A stretch of 64,000 nucleotides of DNA, taken from NCBI GenBank assembly GCA_965208575.1, contig CBDBOV010000005.1, forward strand, positions 512,001 through 576,000. The letters run 5' to 3'. The translations under genes were made by a program, and so were the position numbers. This DNA comes from Spirochaetia bacterium (GTDB taxonomy: Bacteria; Spirochaetota; Spirochaetia; SZUA-6; Bin103). Of this stretch, positions 1-10,051 are shown piece by piece. Each line of letters starts with the position of its first letter. Position 1 is the first letter of the stretch. The notes below the pieces were generated by a model. It made no database searches. It saw only the letters and a list, made by a program, of their open reading frames with translations, and was not told the DNA's origin.

Positions 1-95
1 ACGTGCACCCGTTCCTCGAACTCCCGGATCGTCTTCATGGTCCGGTAGGCCCGCAGCAGTTCCTCCCGGCTCAGAGGAAAGTTGTCGTTGCTCAT
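1..95 (-). CDS. acoA: TPP-dependent acetoin dehydrogenase E1 alpha subunit, 5' end only (runs off the window)
   Basis: Manual minus-strand translation gives MSNDNFPLSREELLRAYRTMKTIREFEERVH, the typical E1-alpha N-terminus (YRxMxxIRxFEE). A GGAG RBS lies upstream and acoX is on the same strand at 8099-9130. Confidence 0.7.
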   Translation of the reverse strand, partial: MSNDNFPLSREELLRAYRTMKTIREFEERVH

Positions 96-213
96 CGCTT
101 CTCCCGTAACGTGCAGCGCATCACGCGCTCCTGCCACCGACTATATCCCATCGCGACGCGAGAGTCCGCAACGGGTTTCATGGTCTTCGGTATTACGGCG
201 TGATCGTGCCGAC

Positions 214-961
214 TCAGAGCCAGTGGCGCCAGGCGCGCACGTCCACGCCGTTCCGGGTCGAGCTCTCCTCGCCTCCGTAGATGAGCGTGGCCGGGAGGCG
301 CTGGCCGGCGAGCGAGCCCCAGTAGGCGAGGCCCTTGAACAGATCGGTCCGAATGGTCTCGCCGGATTTGATCTCCACCGGGTGTGCGCCGTCCGGCGTA
401 TCGATCACCAGATCGATCTCGTTGCCCCGATGATCACGCCAGAAGTGGAGCCGTGGCAACTCCCCGGAGTGGTACGAGATCTTCAAGGCTTCGGCGATCA
501 TCATGTTCTCGAACACGGCGCCGCGCAGCGGGTGGCGTGCCAACTGGTCATCATCGCGAACTTGCAACAGCCAACACAAGAGCCCGGTATCGACAAAGTA
601 GAGCTTCGGACTCTTGATCAACCGCTTGTTGAAGTTGCGATGATGCGGCTGCAGGCGAAAGACCACGAAACTCGTCTCCAACACCGACAGCCAGCGGCGC
701 GCCGTGTCATGGCTGATGATCCGGTACGTGCTGCACTTCATCGAGGATCACGCCGGCAGCGGAATGGTGACGCAGGAAGCCGCGCGGATCCTCGATGGCA
801 AACCGGCGCTCGTCGGGTTGCTCCAGTGACACGTAGCCGAGTCTGGGAAACAGGTTGCGCAGCAGCGTGGTCTTACCCGACTGGCGGGGCCCGGTGACCG
901 ACAGAACGGGAAAGCCGCCTGCCGTACGCCGAAGTGTGGCGGCCAGATGCCGAGGAATCAC
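214..961 (-). pseudogene. AAA+ ATPase (AAA_14) with C-terminal DUF4143, internally deleted and frameshifted
   Basis: One frame carries Walker A GPRQSGKT and Walker B ILDEVQ. Right after 'VQHVPD' (~nt 720) the sequence switches to the DUF4143 part (ISHDTARRWL...KSPKLYFVDTGL...EIDL...VEIK) in another frame, so the middle of the protein is missing. Confidence 0.8.
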
Positions 962-1441
962 GTATGAGCTGTACAGATACACGATAGGATCGTCAATGTG
1001 TACGCCGCCCCGGCGCACCCGGCGCCCCGCCGCCGCAAGGGTGCTCATGCTGCCGCGGGTGCCCGACAATCTCAGAACAGTCCGTCCATCCGTCCAAATC
1101 CGTCCATTGTTGTGCCGGTTGACTTGTTGGCCGCAGGTGTGCGAGAGTAGGCGCCTCTGGTTGGAATGGATGAACCAGACGGCTGACAACACCACTCACT
1201 GCCACCGGTCAGCGCCCCAAGAGCGGCGCCCGAGGCGTCCGGCGCGTCCTATCCTCGCCTACCCCCCCCCCTTCGCCTGGCGCGCGAAAGTCTACAGAAG
1301 CAGCATAGCCTACTTAGCCTACTAGCGTGAGTTTCCTAGTTATTTCGGGTGGCTGGTAGTTTGAGTGGATAAGTCATTTTAGGATAGCAAGTTACTCGCT
1401 ATCCTGTCGGACGGGGCTTGTATACACTGACCGTGGTGCTG

Positions 1442-3142
1442 TCAGGGATGGGCGTGTCGGTATACGTCAAGTAGGCGGCACAGTTTGTCTTGCAGGGACG
1501 ACCGTTCAGAGAGCACGTATTGAGCCCGGTAGCGCCCTCTGGTGGCCGGCTCAGGCGCGGCGTAGAGGTTGACCACTTCGGTCACGCCGCTGAGTTCCGT
1601 CAGTAGTTGCTCGATGGTAAGGAGTTGTCCGCCGTCGGCCGCCTTGCGTTGCAGCAGCGAACTCAGCAGCAGTGCCAACACACAATAGAACACGTGTACG
1701 CGCAGCTTCTGATCGGTCCAGTGGAAGGTCGGCGAGAAGCTCACCCAGTGGGGATTCTTCATCTGCTTGAACGCCCGCTCCACGTGATGTTGAGCGCGGC
1801 TGGCCAAGATGATCTCCTGGTCGCTCCACGACTCGTTGTCGGTGCACAGGATGCGTTTGCCCAAGCGCCGGCGTTGCAAGCGCTGGTACGCTGCCCAATC
1901 GGTGCGAAATCGAAAACTGAGCACGCCGTCGGATTCGCTGATCTGAACCTTGAGAATCTGCTTTACGTACTGACCCGAGGTGATCGTGTCGAAATGCTTC
2001 TGCAAGGATGCTCTGCTGTAGCCTTTGCCCTTTGCTCCCGGTAGCTGGCTGCGCGCCAGCTTGCTGCGCAAGGCGCGCAACGCAGCGCGCTTCTTGCGCA
2101 ACGCGTGGTTGATCCCAGCCAGCTGCCCGTCCAGCAACCGGCGACTGTTGGTGACCACCACGGTGCGGCGCTCACCCCAGATCACCTTGTCGCTGCGGTA
2201 AGCGGTCACCCCGGCCAGCCGTGGGTCAGTGAAGGAGTGAAACCTGCCGGCGGGAACCGCCAGCAGATCCTCGTGCTGAGTCACGGTCAAGGAGGTGACG
2301 AAATGGTATGGGCCGGCTTGCAGCGCCTCGATATTCGCTCTCGAGGTGTTGCCGCCATCGAACACCAGCGTGACATCTTCGCAGTCCTGGGCCAACTGCT
2401 TGCAGCGGCTGATCAGCGTCTCGATCAAGCTCGAGAACATCGCGGCGTCATTCTGATTTCCCGGATACGGGTGTGAGAGCAGCGGAATGTGGTAGTCGCA
2501 GCTTACCAGGAGTGCCAAGCCCAGGATCCGCAGATCGGCGCGTTTGCTTTTCGCGTGGCCACGTTGTGCCAGTGCACTGACGGTGCGACTGTCGATGAAC
2601 GTATCGAAGTTGGTCGCATCGAAGATGAGCGGTCGCAGATCGATCCGGTAGTGGTCGATCACCCGCTGCGCCAGTTGTTGCTCAATCGCGCCGATGGCAG
2701 CGCTGTCGAGCATGTTCATGTGATCCCAGAATCGCTGACTGGCGAGCGAGCGCTGTGCAGCGGGGAGCAGCCGATTCAACACCGTGCGTCGATACCACTG
2801 GTACAGAGAAGCCTTGCTGGAGGCGGCCACACAACGGTTCAGCGCCGCCACCAGCAGATACTGTCCGCAGGACAGTCCTTGGTCTCGCTTGGGGACCTGG
2901 GTATCGATAAGGCCCACCACATCCAACTCTTGGGCGATCTGCCAGAGCGCGGCCAACGCACCGAACTGAATGACCTTCGCCTTTGCCGGTCGGGTGGGAG
3001 CCTCACGGAGGCGCTGGAGCAACTTCTCTGCGCTGCCGAGATGTTCGAGGACGATGGGACGTGGTTTGCCGTTGACGCGTCTGGACTCGACGATCTGCCA
3101 GTAGGTGTGCCCGCGGGAGACCTTTTTCTGGAGGGTGGCCAC
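1442..3142 (-). CDS. IS1634 family transposase
   Basis: MATLQKK...YWQIVESRRVNGKPRP N-terminus, DATNFDTF, RGHAKSKRADL, VFDGGN, HVERAFKQMK, FHWTDQKLRVHVFYC. GTG start at 3142 is preferred over 3160. Confidence 0.9.
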   Translation of the reverse strand: MATLQKKVSRGHTYWQIVESRRVNGKPRPIVLEHLGSAEKLLQRLREAPTRPAKAKVIQFGALAALWQIAQELDVVGLIDTQVPKRDQGLSCGQYLLVAALNRCVAASSKASLYQWYRRTVLNRLLPAAQRSLASQRFWDHMNMLDSAAIGAIEQQLAQRVIDHYRIDLRPLIFDATNFDTFIDSRTVSALAQRGHAKSKRADLRILGLALLVSCDYHIPLLSHPYPGNQNDAAMFSSLIETLISRCKQLAQDCEDVTLVFDGGNTSRANIEALQAGPYHFVTSLTVTQHEDLLAVPAGRFHSFTDPRLAGVTAYRSDKVIWGERRTVVVTNSRRLLDGQLAGINHALRKKRAALRALRSKLARSQLPGAKGKGYSRASLQKHFDTITSGQYVKQILKVQISESDGVLSFRFRTDWAAYQRLQRRRLGKRILCTDNESWSDQEIILASRAQHHVERAFKQMKNPHWVSFSPTFHWTDQKLRVHVFYCVLALLLSSLLQRKAADGGQLLTIEQLLTELSGVTEVVNLYAAPEPATRGRYRAQYVLSERSSLQDKLCRLLDVYRHAHP

Positions 3143-3268
3143 TGCAATCAGTGTATACACTTAGTACGGAGACAGTCAAGGAGAACCGGCATGAGTGGGT
3201 CGGAAGGATCGAAGAGGGGATACTTCGAGTAGTATTGAGGAAGCTGTCCGGCACGGCGCTCGATATAT

Positions 3269-3284
3269 TCAGTGTATACACTGA
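3269..3284. promoter_or_regulatory. Perfect 16-bp palindrome TCAGTGTATACACTGA, with related copies at 3148-3163 and 1419-1430
   Basis: Seen directly. The TGTATACACT core recurs on both sides of the transposase gene. Confidence 0.55.
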
Positions 3285-3653
3285 TCCTCTCAAGAGGAGA
3301 GTCCACTTCCGTGAACCTATCTTGTTTCATGGTAACAACTTATCTGGATGAACCAGAGAATCCCGCGGTCAAATCAACGGGATAAGTAGGAAGGTCAGGC
3401 TAGACAGCCGTGACGGCGCATTCGGCCGCGCCCTCGATTCCTTCGCCGCCGCCCGTGCCGACAGCGCGGCGGCTCCCGCAGACGTCCACACCCAGCGCCC
3501 TTCACTCCCACGCGGCCGCCGGCTTTGCGCCGTCCTCCTCACGTGGCGGGGCGCCACCACCACCACCATCATGCAAAAGCCGGTGTTACCGGCGCAACAA
3601 AAAACACGGGCTACGGGTCGCAGACCCACGATCCCGAAACAAGGAGGAGCACT

Positions 3654-5447
3654 ATGGCTCTTCGATTCTTTTGGTTCATAACACTGGCGCTTGCGCTGGT
3701 GGCGACCGCTGGGTTTGCCGCAGGCGACAGCGACAGCGACGACCCGGCGTCCGCCGCAGAGAAGGAAATGGTGCTCGACCCGACCACCGGCAAGATGGTC
3801 GTCGCGCCCCAGTATGGCGGCACACTGACACGCGCCCGAAATGCTCCATGCGACGGTACTGACATCTGGATAACCAGATGTGGAAATATCACAGCCGGTG
3901 GCGTCGTGGAGAAGCTGGGCATCGCGGACTGGGCAACGCCCAGGGACGAATACGACTTCCACAGACTCCAAGCTCCAGACCACACGATTGGGAGTCTGGC
4001 GGAAAGCTGGTCGCAGCCCGACCCACTGACTTATATCGTCAAAGTCCGCCAGGGCGTTCACTGGCATGATAAGCCGCCGATGAACGGGCGGGAGCTGACT
4101 GCCCAAGATGTGGAATATAACTTTCAGCGTATCTTGGGACTTGGCAGCGGTTTCACCGAACCTGCCGAAATTGCTTCATTCGATAAGTGGTCAGGTGTGA
4201 AAGTGGAATCGATAACGGCCACCGACAAATGGACGGTTGAGTTTAAGCTGAAGGAGCGCAACCTCCGTGCGCTGGCTGCTATCCTCAACGATGAGAGCGG
4301 TGGTATATACCCCCCCGAAGTGATCAAGGAACACGGAGACGCTAACGACTGGAGGAACCTGGTCGGCACCGGGCCCTTCATGCTGACCGACTGGGTCCAG
4401 GGCAGCTCTCTTACCTGGGACAAGAATCCTGACTACTGGGGCTACGACGAAAAATACCCGGGGAACAGCTTGCCCTATATTGACCAGCTAAGGGCTCTGG
4501 TTATGCCCGAACCGGCGACACGTCTGGCGGCCCTGCGCTCGGGGAGGATTGACTACGTAGGTTTTATCGGCACGACTATGATCCAGGCTCTCGAGCAGGT
4601 AGAAAGCCTCCTGAAGACCAACCCCGAACTCGGGATATGGCCGGCTGCCGCTGCGTCGAATAATAGTATGGGCATGAACATTCAGTTGCCGCCCTTCGAC
4701 GACATCAGGGTGCGCAAGGCACTGCAGATGGCACTAAACCTCGAAGAAATTAACCACGCGATGTATGGTGGCTATGCTGACATAATACCTCAGGGGCAGC
4801 TAAGTCGGCATATTAAACAGGCAGTCATCCAATTCGAAGACTGGCCCGAAGATGTCAAGAGGGTCTTTGACTACGATCCGGATGGTGCCGAAGCGTTGCT
4901 TGATGAGGCTGGATATCCGCGCGGTGCCGACGGCATCAGATTTGAGACCGACCTTATGCAGCTCGACCGGTACGATACAGACTATATGGAATTGGCCGTT
5001 TCGTACTGGAAAAAGATCGGCGTGAATGTAGAGATTGAGGTAGAGGGCGCTAACTTTGGCGCTAGACGAACGTCGAGAGATTATAGAATGATGCAAACGG
5101 ACTCGGCCGCGAAAGTGTCCGCATTGGGATGGGGCGGCGGGATGCGCTTTTTGCCGGAAACACATTGGAACACCTCCAATACCGACGACCCGTGGTATAA
5201 CGCCAAGTTTGAGGAGAAGAGAGCCGCTACCACCATGGCGGAAGTCAACAGGATAACTAAGGAGCTTAATCAGTATGCGATAGAGCAGTTCTGGTCGCTG
5301 TTTGGTCCTGTCGCCCCAACGTATGCCGTGAGTCAGCCGTGGATCATAGGCTATAACGGTGAAGGAGATATGGGAAATGGTCAGTTTAACCCCGTCTTCG
5401 CCAGGGTCTGGATTGATAGTGAGCTGAAGGAAGCCATGGGCTTCTAG
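3654..5447 (+). CDS. ABC transporter substrate-binding protein, family 5 (peptide/nickel type)
   Basis: AAGGAGG RBS, signal peptide, YGGTLT, LAESWSQPD, VRQGVHWHD, TAQDV, VGTGPF, PFDDIRVRKALQMA, YDPDGAEALLDEAG. Confidence 0.93.
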   Translation: MALRFFWFITLALALVATAGFAAGDSDSDDPASAAEKEMVLDPTTGKMVVAPQYGGTLTRARNAPCDGTDIWITRCGNITAGGVVEKLGIADWATPRDEYDFHRLQAPDHTIGSLAESWSQPDPLTYIVKVRQGVHWHDKPPMNGRELTAQDVEYNFQRILGLGSGFTEPAEIASFDKWSGVKVESITATDKWTVEFKLKERNLRALAAILNDESGGIYPPEVIKEHGDANDWRNLVGTGPFMLTDWVQGSSLTWDKNPDYWGYDEKYPGNSLPYIDQLRALVMPEPATRLAALRSGRIDYVGFIGTTMIQALEQVESLLKTNPELGIWPAAAASNNSMGMNIQLPPFDDIRVRKALQMALNLEEINHAMYGGYADIIPQGQLSRHIKQAVIQFEDWPEDVKRVFDYDPDGAEALLDEAGYPRGADGIRFETDLMQLDRYDTDYMELAVSYWKKIGVNVEIEVEGANFGARRTSRDYRMMQTDSAAKVSALGWGGGMRFLPETHWNTSNTDDPWYNAKFEEKRAATTMAEVNRITKELNQYAIEQFWSLFGPVAPTYAVSQPWIIGYNGEGDMGNGQFNPVFARVWIDSELKEAMGF

Positions 5448-5475
5448 ATTTCAAACCCCTTGTAGGCTGGGAACA

Positions 5476-5507
5476 GGCCCCGTAAAATCTCCGATTTTGC
5501 GGGGTCC
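5476..5507 (+). terminator. Stem-loop between the SBP and permease genes (attenuator or mRNA stabiliser)
   Basis: GGCCCCGTAAAATC-TCC-GATTTTGCGGGGTCC forms a near-perfect stem of ~14 bp. There is no U-tail. Confidence 0.5.
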
Positions 5508-5602
5508 CAGTGAGAGTTCTGTGTTCTCGTATTCTCGCTGTCGGTGGGGTTCGGTGGGGGGTAGTGGACGTCTGAGCTCGCAATGAAGAGGCGTAGTGTT
5601 AC

Positions 5603-6616
5603 ATGAGAGCCTATATCATCAGGCGGTTTATGCTGATAATCCCCACTCTGTTGATATTGACCATCCTGGTGTTTCTCTCGGTCCGCTTCCTCCCGGGCGA
5701 TACAATAGACGCAATGTTAGTCAATATGGTGGGTGACCTGGGATTCTATGGGCCCGGGGAGGCGCCCCGTGAAGCTCTCGAGCGTCGGCTGGGATTAGAC
5801 GTGCCTGTCTACGTGCAGTATGGGCGCTGGATCGGAGTGCTGCCAACCCCCGACTGGGTTACGGGAGAGTCCCACTTGAGAGGTCTCCTCCAGGGCACCC
5901 TTGGCACGTCACTGTGGGGCGCATGGGCGGTAGAGGAGAGAATACTCGATAGATTGCCCGTAACCATTGAGCTTGGTTTGCTGGCAATGCTCATCGGGCT
6001 GGTGATGGCGGTGCCCGTCGGCATCTTTTCGGCGATTCGCCAAGATACGGTGGCCGACTACGCCGGGCGCTCCGTCGCCATCCTTGGCCTGGCAACGCCT
6101 AACTTCTGGCTGGGAATCATGGTCATGCTCTACCCGGCAATCTGGTGGGGCTGGTCGCCGCCGCTGGAGCTGATTCCTTTTGCCGAAGATCCGCTGGGCA
6201 ATCTCGGGGTGTTTATCATTCCGAGCCTGATTCTGGGGACCGCCATGGCCGCAGCCACGATGCGGCTGACGCGCACCATGATGCTGGAGGTGCTCCGCCA
6301 GGACTACATCAGGACCGCCTGGTCCAAGGGTCTCAGGGAGAGGGCGGTCGTCATGAGACACGCCGTCAAGAATGCACTCATACCGGTGGTTACGTTGATA
6401 GGCCTGCAGTTGCCTCTCCTGGTAGGCGGCTCGGTGATCATAGAGAACATATTCAACCTGCCGGGGCTGGGTCGTCTCATGGTGACTGCACTCCAGGGCA
6501 GAGACTACCCGGTCGTCTCGGGAGTAAATCTGTTTTTCGCCGCTGCGGTTGTGGGGTTCAATCTCATCACCGACCTGGTCTATGCTTTCTTGGACCCCAG
6601 GGTCCGGTATGAATAA
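5603..6616 (+). CDS. ABC transporter permease (DppB/OppB-like)
   Basis: LGLDVPVYVQY, RLPVTIEL, ATPNFWLG, EAA-like loop 'QDYIRTAWSKGL', DLVYAFLDPRVRY. Confidence 0.93.
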   Translation: MRAYIIRRFMLIIPTLLILTILVFLSVRFLPGDTIDAMLVNMVGDLGFYGPGEAPREALERRLGLDVPVYVQYGRWIGVLPTPDWVTGESHLRGLLQGTLGTSLWGAWAVEERILDRLPVTIELGLLAMLIGLVMAVPVGIFSAIRQDTVADYAGRSVAILGLATPNFWLGIMVMLYPAIWWGWSPPLELIPFAEDPLGNLGVFIIPSLILGTAMAAATMRLTRTMMLEVLRQDYIRTAWSKGLRERAVVMRHAVKNALIPVVTLIGLQLPLLVGGSVIIENIFNLPGLGRLMVTALQGRDYPVVSGVNLFFAAAVVGFNLITDLVYAFLDPRVRYE

Positions 6617-7563
6617 TGAGTGACCGCGTGGGCATCCCGGAGAGTCACGGGCCGGCGAATGTAATTAAGAGGCTTTGGAAGGAGAAGCCACTTGGTATTT
6701 TCTCCGGCGTTATCGTCCTGCTATTGATTCTTATAGCTATCTTTGCCGATTTCGTGGCTCCTTTTCCATATGATGAGGTATTCATCTTAGACAGGCTGCA
6801 GGGCTCTTCAGCCAGGTATCCGTTGGGTACCGACCAGTTGGGACGAGATCTATTTAGCCGGCTTGTCTACGGGGGGCGTATTTCGTTGTTCGTCGGCCTG
6901 TCGGCGACCGCTATCAATGTGGTAGTTGCTGTCCTGATAGGCGGCATTTCAGGATTCCTTGGCGGTAAGTTGGACCTGGCTGTGCAGAGGGTTGTCGACG
7001 CCTGGATGGCGTTCCCGGGACTGCTCCTATTGTTAACCATAATGTCTCTGGTGGGGCGAGGTCTGCCTCAAATCATCGTGGTCTTGGGGATATCAGGCGG
7101 CGTCGGCAGCTCGAGAGTCATCAGAGGGGCAGTCATCGGCATCAAGGAAAACGACTATTTGCGCGCGGCAATGGCAACTGGCAGCTCAAAGATGAGGTCG
7201 CTTATCCGGCATGTCCTGCCTAATATCATGCCGGTCGTGATCATCATATTCAGCATCAACATCGGGGGTGTGATTATCACCGAGGCATCCTTGAGCTTCC
7301 TGGGATTCGGTCTGCCACTCTCGGTTCCCAGCTGGGGCGGGATGCTCAGCCGGGAGGGACGGAAGTTCATGGAGATGGCGCCACGGCTGGCTTTCTGGCC
7401 GGGGCTGTGCCTGACTGCTGTCGTCTACTGTTTGAACATGTTCGGCGACACGGTGCGGGACCTGCTCGACCCGAGGCTGCGCGGTGGTGGGGGTCGTCTG
7501 GATGCGCAAGGTTCAGTCAAGAAAGCCACGAAGAAACTAGCGGCCAGGGCCAATAATCAATAA
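6616..7563 (+). CDS. ABC transporter permease (DppC/OppC-like)
   Basis: LGTDQLGRDLFSRLVYGGRISL, HVLPN, EASLSFLGFG, PSWGGML, GDTVRDLLDPR. Confidence 0.93.
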   Translation: MSDRVGIPESHGPANVIKRLWKEKPLGIFSGVIVLLLILIAIFADFVAPFPYDEVFILDRLQGSSARYPLGTDQLGRDLFSRLVYGGRISLFVGLSATAINVVVAVLIGGISGFLGGKLDLAVQRVVDAWMAFPGLLLLLTIMSLVGRGLPQIIVVLGISGGVGSSRVIRGAVIGIKENDYLRAAMATGSSKMRSLIRHVLPNIMPVVIIIFSINIGGVIITEASLSFLGFGLPLSVPSWGGMLSREGRKFMEMAPRLAFWPGLCLTAVVYCLNMFGDTVRDLLDPRLRGGGGRLDAQGSVKKATKKLAARANNQ

Positions 7564-7635
7564 CCATGTCCATGAAATTGATGCGGGGACTGTCGGGCTT
7601 ACCGTTGAGAATAGAGGCTGGGGTGATCACCGGGC

Positions 7636-8100
7636 TTGGCGCCGAACAGGAACGAGAAGCGCGCAACGAACCTCCGAACGATAGCTGCGGTGCTGACTTC
7701 CGTAGCCGACGTTCTGCTCCATGCATTTGGCAGGTCGCCGGATGCTCCGATCCACGTCGCCTGGTGGAGTCAGGATCCTCGGGTGTTTGATGATCGCCGG
7801 CCATACCAGATCCGGCTGAACGCTCGGGACACCTACTGGTTTCAGTACGTCGGTCTGCCTCGCGAGATTCCGGAGTGGGGCGGTATGCTCAGCCGAGAAG
7901 GACGCATATACATGGAGGTGGCGCCGTGGCTGGCGCTGTGGCCCGGGCTGTGCCTGACCGTCGTCGTCTACTGCCTCAACATGTTCGGTGACGCGGTGAG
8001 GGACCTTCTCGACCCGAGGTTGAAGGGCGGCGTCGGCCGTCTGGGTGCCCATGGCGCGAAGTCTGCTCGGAAAGCCAGGAAGAAGCTGGCGGCTCGGACT
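7636..8100 (+). pseudogene. Chimeric remnant: fragment of an unrelated gene fused to a duplicate 3' end of a DppC-like permease
   Basis: ~7850-8095 encodes GLPREIPEWGGMLSREGRIYMEVAPWLALWPGLCL...GDAVRDLLDPRL, a diverged copy of ~7307-7550. The upstream part (PYQIRLNARDTYWFQY) is unrelated. Confidence 0.75.
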
Positions 8101-9130
8101 ACCGCGTCAACAGGCGGTGTTGCGCGGCGTAGCGCATCACCGCGCCCACGTCGAGCGTCCGGAACGCATTCGGGAGCAGGGTGAGTTCCGCCCGGTCGCC
8201 GGGCCGGAGGTACAGTTCGCGCTCGCCATCCAGGGAAATCATGCCCCGCTCGTGGTGCAGTGCCATCGTCTCGTCCGCGGCCAGAGTCTCATGGCGCCGC
8301 ACGCCGATCGGTGCGATCAGACCGGGCGCAATCGGCGCCCGCATCACGGTGGCGGCCTCGCCGGGGGGCTGCAGTTCGACGCGCAGACCGTGCGGTTCGC
8401 GCCGCCCCACCGGCCGCAGCAGCCCGGCCACCGCGGACAGGCCGATCGCCTCCGGATCGGCGAACGTCACGAAGATCTCGCGCAGGGTCTCGCTGCGCCA
8501 CAGGGCGCGGGCGCCCACGTAGGGTTCGGTGGTCACCGACACGTCCACAAGGGCCACGTCCGACCGCCGGCCCCCCTGAGCGTCGCTGATCGTGACCCGC
8601 AGCATCTTGTTCGGCTGCAGCGCCGTTGCCGCAGGAACGCGTCCGGTCACGGCCAGCCCCACCGCCAGGCCGGTAATGGTGGGCTCGCGGTGTTCCGGGA
8701 ACGCGTTGTTGGTACCGGTCGAGATGCCGGCGATGAACGCCGCGCCGCAGCAGCCCGCCACCGCCCGGTGGGTGCCGTCGCCGCCGAGCACGACGATCGC
8801 CTGCACGCCGGCCGCGGCCATCGCCCGGGTAGCGGCGTGGGTGTCTGCCACCGTGCCGGTGACCGGGGTAGCGGTGAAGTGCAGGGCCGGCAGGCCGGTG
8901 CGCCCCAGGTTGCGTTCGCGCCTCAGGCTGCGCGTGAGGTTCCTGCCGATGCCGCCTTTCTCGGGCATCATCAGCACCCGCGGCACGCCGCAGGCGCCGA
9001 GCGCGGCCAGCACCCGCAGTACCGTGTTGGCGCGGTCCGCGATCGGCATGCCGGTGGCGTTGGCGACCACCCGCCGAATATCGGTCGCCGCCGCCGGATT
9101 GGCGATCACCCCGACCGGGGCAGCGGTCAT
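8099..9130 (-). CDS. acoX: Acetoin catabolism protein X (ATP-NAD kinase family)
   Basis: VGVIANPAAATDIRRVVA, IVVLGGDGTHRAV, ISTGTNNAFP, EPTITGLA, VGARALW, ISLDGERE. Confidence 0.85.
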   Translation of the reverse strand: MTAAPVGVIANPAAATDIRRVVANATGMPIADRANTVLRVLAALGACGVPRVLMMPEKGGIGRNLTRSLRRERNLGRTGLPALHFTATPVTGTVADTHAATRAMAAAGVQAIVVLGGDGTHRAVAGCCGAAFIAGISTGTNNAFPEHREPTITGLAVGLAVTGRVPAATALQPNKMLRVTISDAQGGRRSDVALVDVSVTTEPYVGARALWRSETLREIFVTFADPEAIGLSAVAGLLRPVGRREPHGLRVELQPPGEAATVMRAPIAPGLIAPIGVRRHETLAADETMALHHERGMISLDGERELYLRPGDRAELTLLPNAFRTLDVGAVMRYAAQHRLLTR

Positions 9131-9134
9131 GGCG

Positions 9135-10046
9135 CTACTCCGCTCCCAGTGCCGCCAAGCTGGCCGGCAGGTCGAGGGTGTCGAGGTTGCGGCCCACGAA
9201 GGTGATGCGCGCGTCGGTGACCGGCTCCGGCCACTCCTCGATCTCCACTCCCGCCAGCGTCAGTTGCACCAGCTTCGCGCCGGCGTCGGTGTGTACCAGG
9301 CCCTTGGCCCGCTCCACCGCGCCGGACAGCCCGTGCAGAAGCTGCCGCAACGCCGCCGCCGGCACGGGGCGGTGGAGTTCGACGGTCAGGCTGCCGAACT
9401 CGTGGTAGTGGCCGGTGCGGTGGCCGCTGCCGGCGAAGTAGACCGGGCGCTCGTCGTACACCACCGCCGGGTCGACGGCGCAGCGCTCGGCGGCGAGCAG
9501 CAGCGCACCCGGCGGGCAGGTGGCCAGCAGGCGGCGGCGCACCGCCTCCTGCGTGGCGGCGCCGGCCAGGTCGGTCTTGTTCAGGATCACGGTGTTGGCC
9601 TGCTCCACCTGGCGCGGCAAGGCCAGCAGGTGGTCGGCGTAGCGCAGGTAGGTGCTGGCGTCCACCACGCAGGCCACGTTGCCCAGCCGGATGCGGTCGG
9701 CGAGGGAGGGGGCCGCGAACAGGGCCGGAAACGCCGCCGGTTCGGCCAGGCCGGTGGTCTCCATCAGGATCACGTCCGGCTCCTCATCGTCGAGCAGCGC
9801 GGCCAGCGCCTCCTGCATCGGCGCGCTCAGCGTGCAGCACACGCACCCCGACGCCAGCTCGGCCACCGCGTAACTGCCGCGGTCCACCAGCGTCCCGTCC
9901 ACCGGCACCGCGCCGAAGTCGTTTACCACCACCGCGGGCCGCGTATCCGCCGGCAACGCCGCCAGCAGCCGGTTCAGCAGCGTCGTCTTGCCCGACCCCA
10001 GGAACCCCGACAACACGTGCACGGGCACGCTGCCCAACGCCTGCAT
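9135..10046 (-). CDS. CobW/COG0523 family P-loop GTPase (metallochaperone)
   Basis: GFLGSGKTT, VVNDFG, GCVCCT, ETTGLAEP, LNKTDL, C-terminal RAKG. Confidence 0.9.
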   Translation of the reverse strand: MQALGSVPVHVLSGFLGSGKTTLLNRLLAALPADTRPAVVVNDFGAVPVDGTLVDRGSYAVAELASGCVCCTLSAPMQEALAALLDDEEPDVILMETTGLAEPAAFPALFAAPSLADRIRLGNVACVVDASTYLRYADHLLALPRQVEQANTVILNKTDLAGAATQEAVRRRLLATCPPGALLLAAERCAVDPAVVYDERPVYFAGSGHRTGHYHEFGSLTVELHRPVPAAALRQLLHGLSGAVERAKGLVHTDAGAKLVQLTLAGVEIEEWPEPVTDARITFVGRNLDTLDLPASLAALGAE

Positions 10047-10051
10047 ATTCG

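Larger units (their letters stand above)
1327..3300 (-). mobile_element. IS1634-family insertion sequence (ends only approximately located)
   Basis: Contains the transposase. Possible right end GTGAGTTTCCTAG at 1327; the left end is somewhere in 3248-3306. I could not identify a clean target duplication. Confidence 0.55.

Noticed and set aside
1260-1326. Poly-C tract and short TAGCCTACT repeats beside IS1634
   Set aside because: Non-coding and short. They could not be matched to a target duplication at the other IS end or tied to a promoter.
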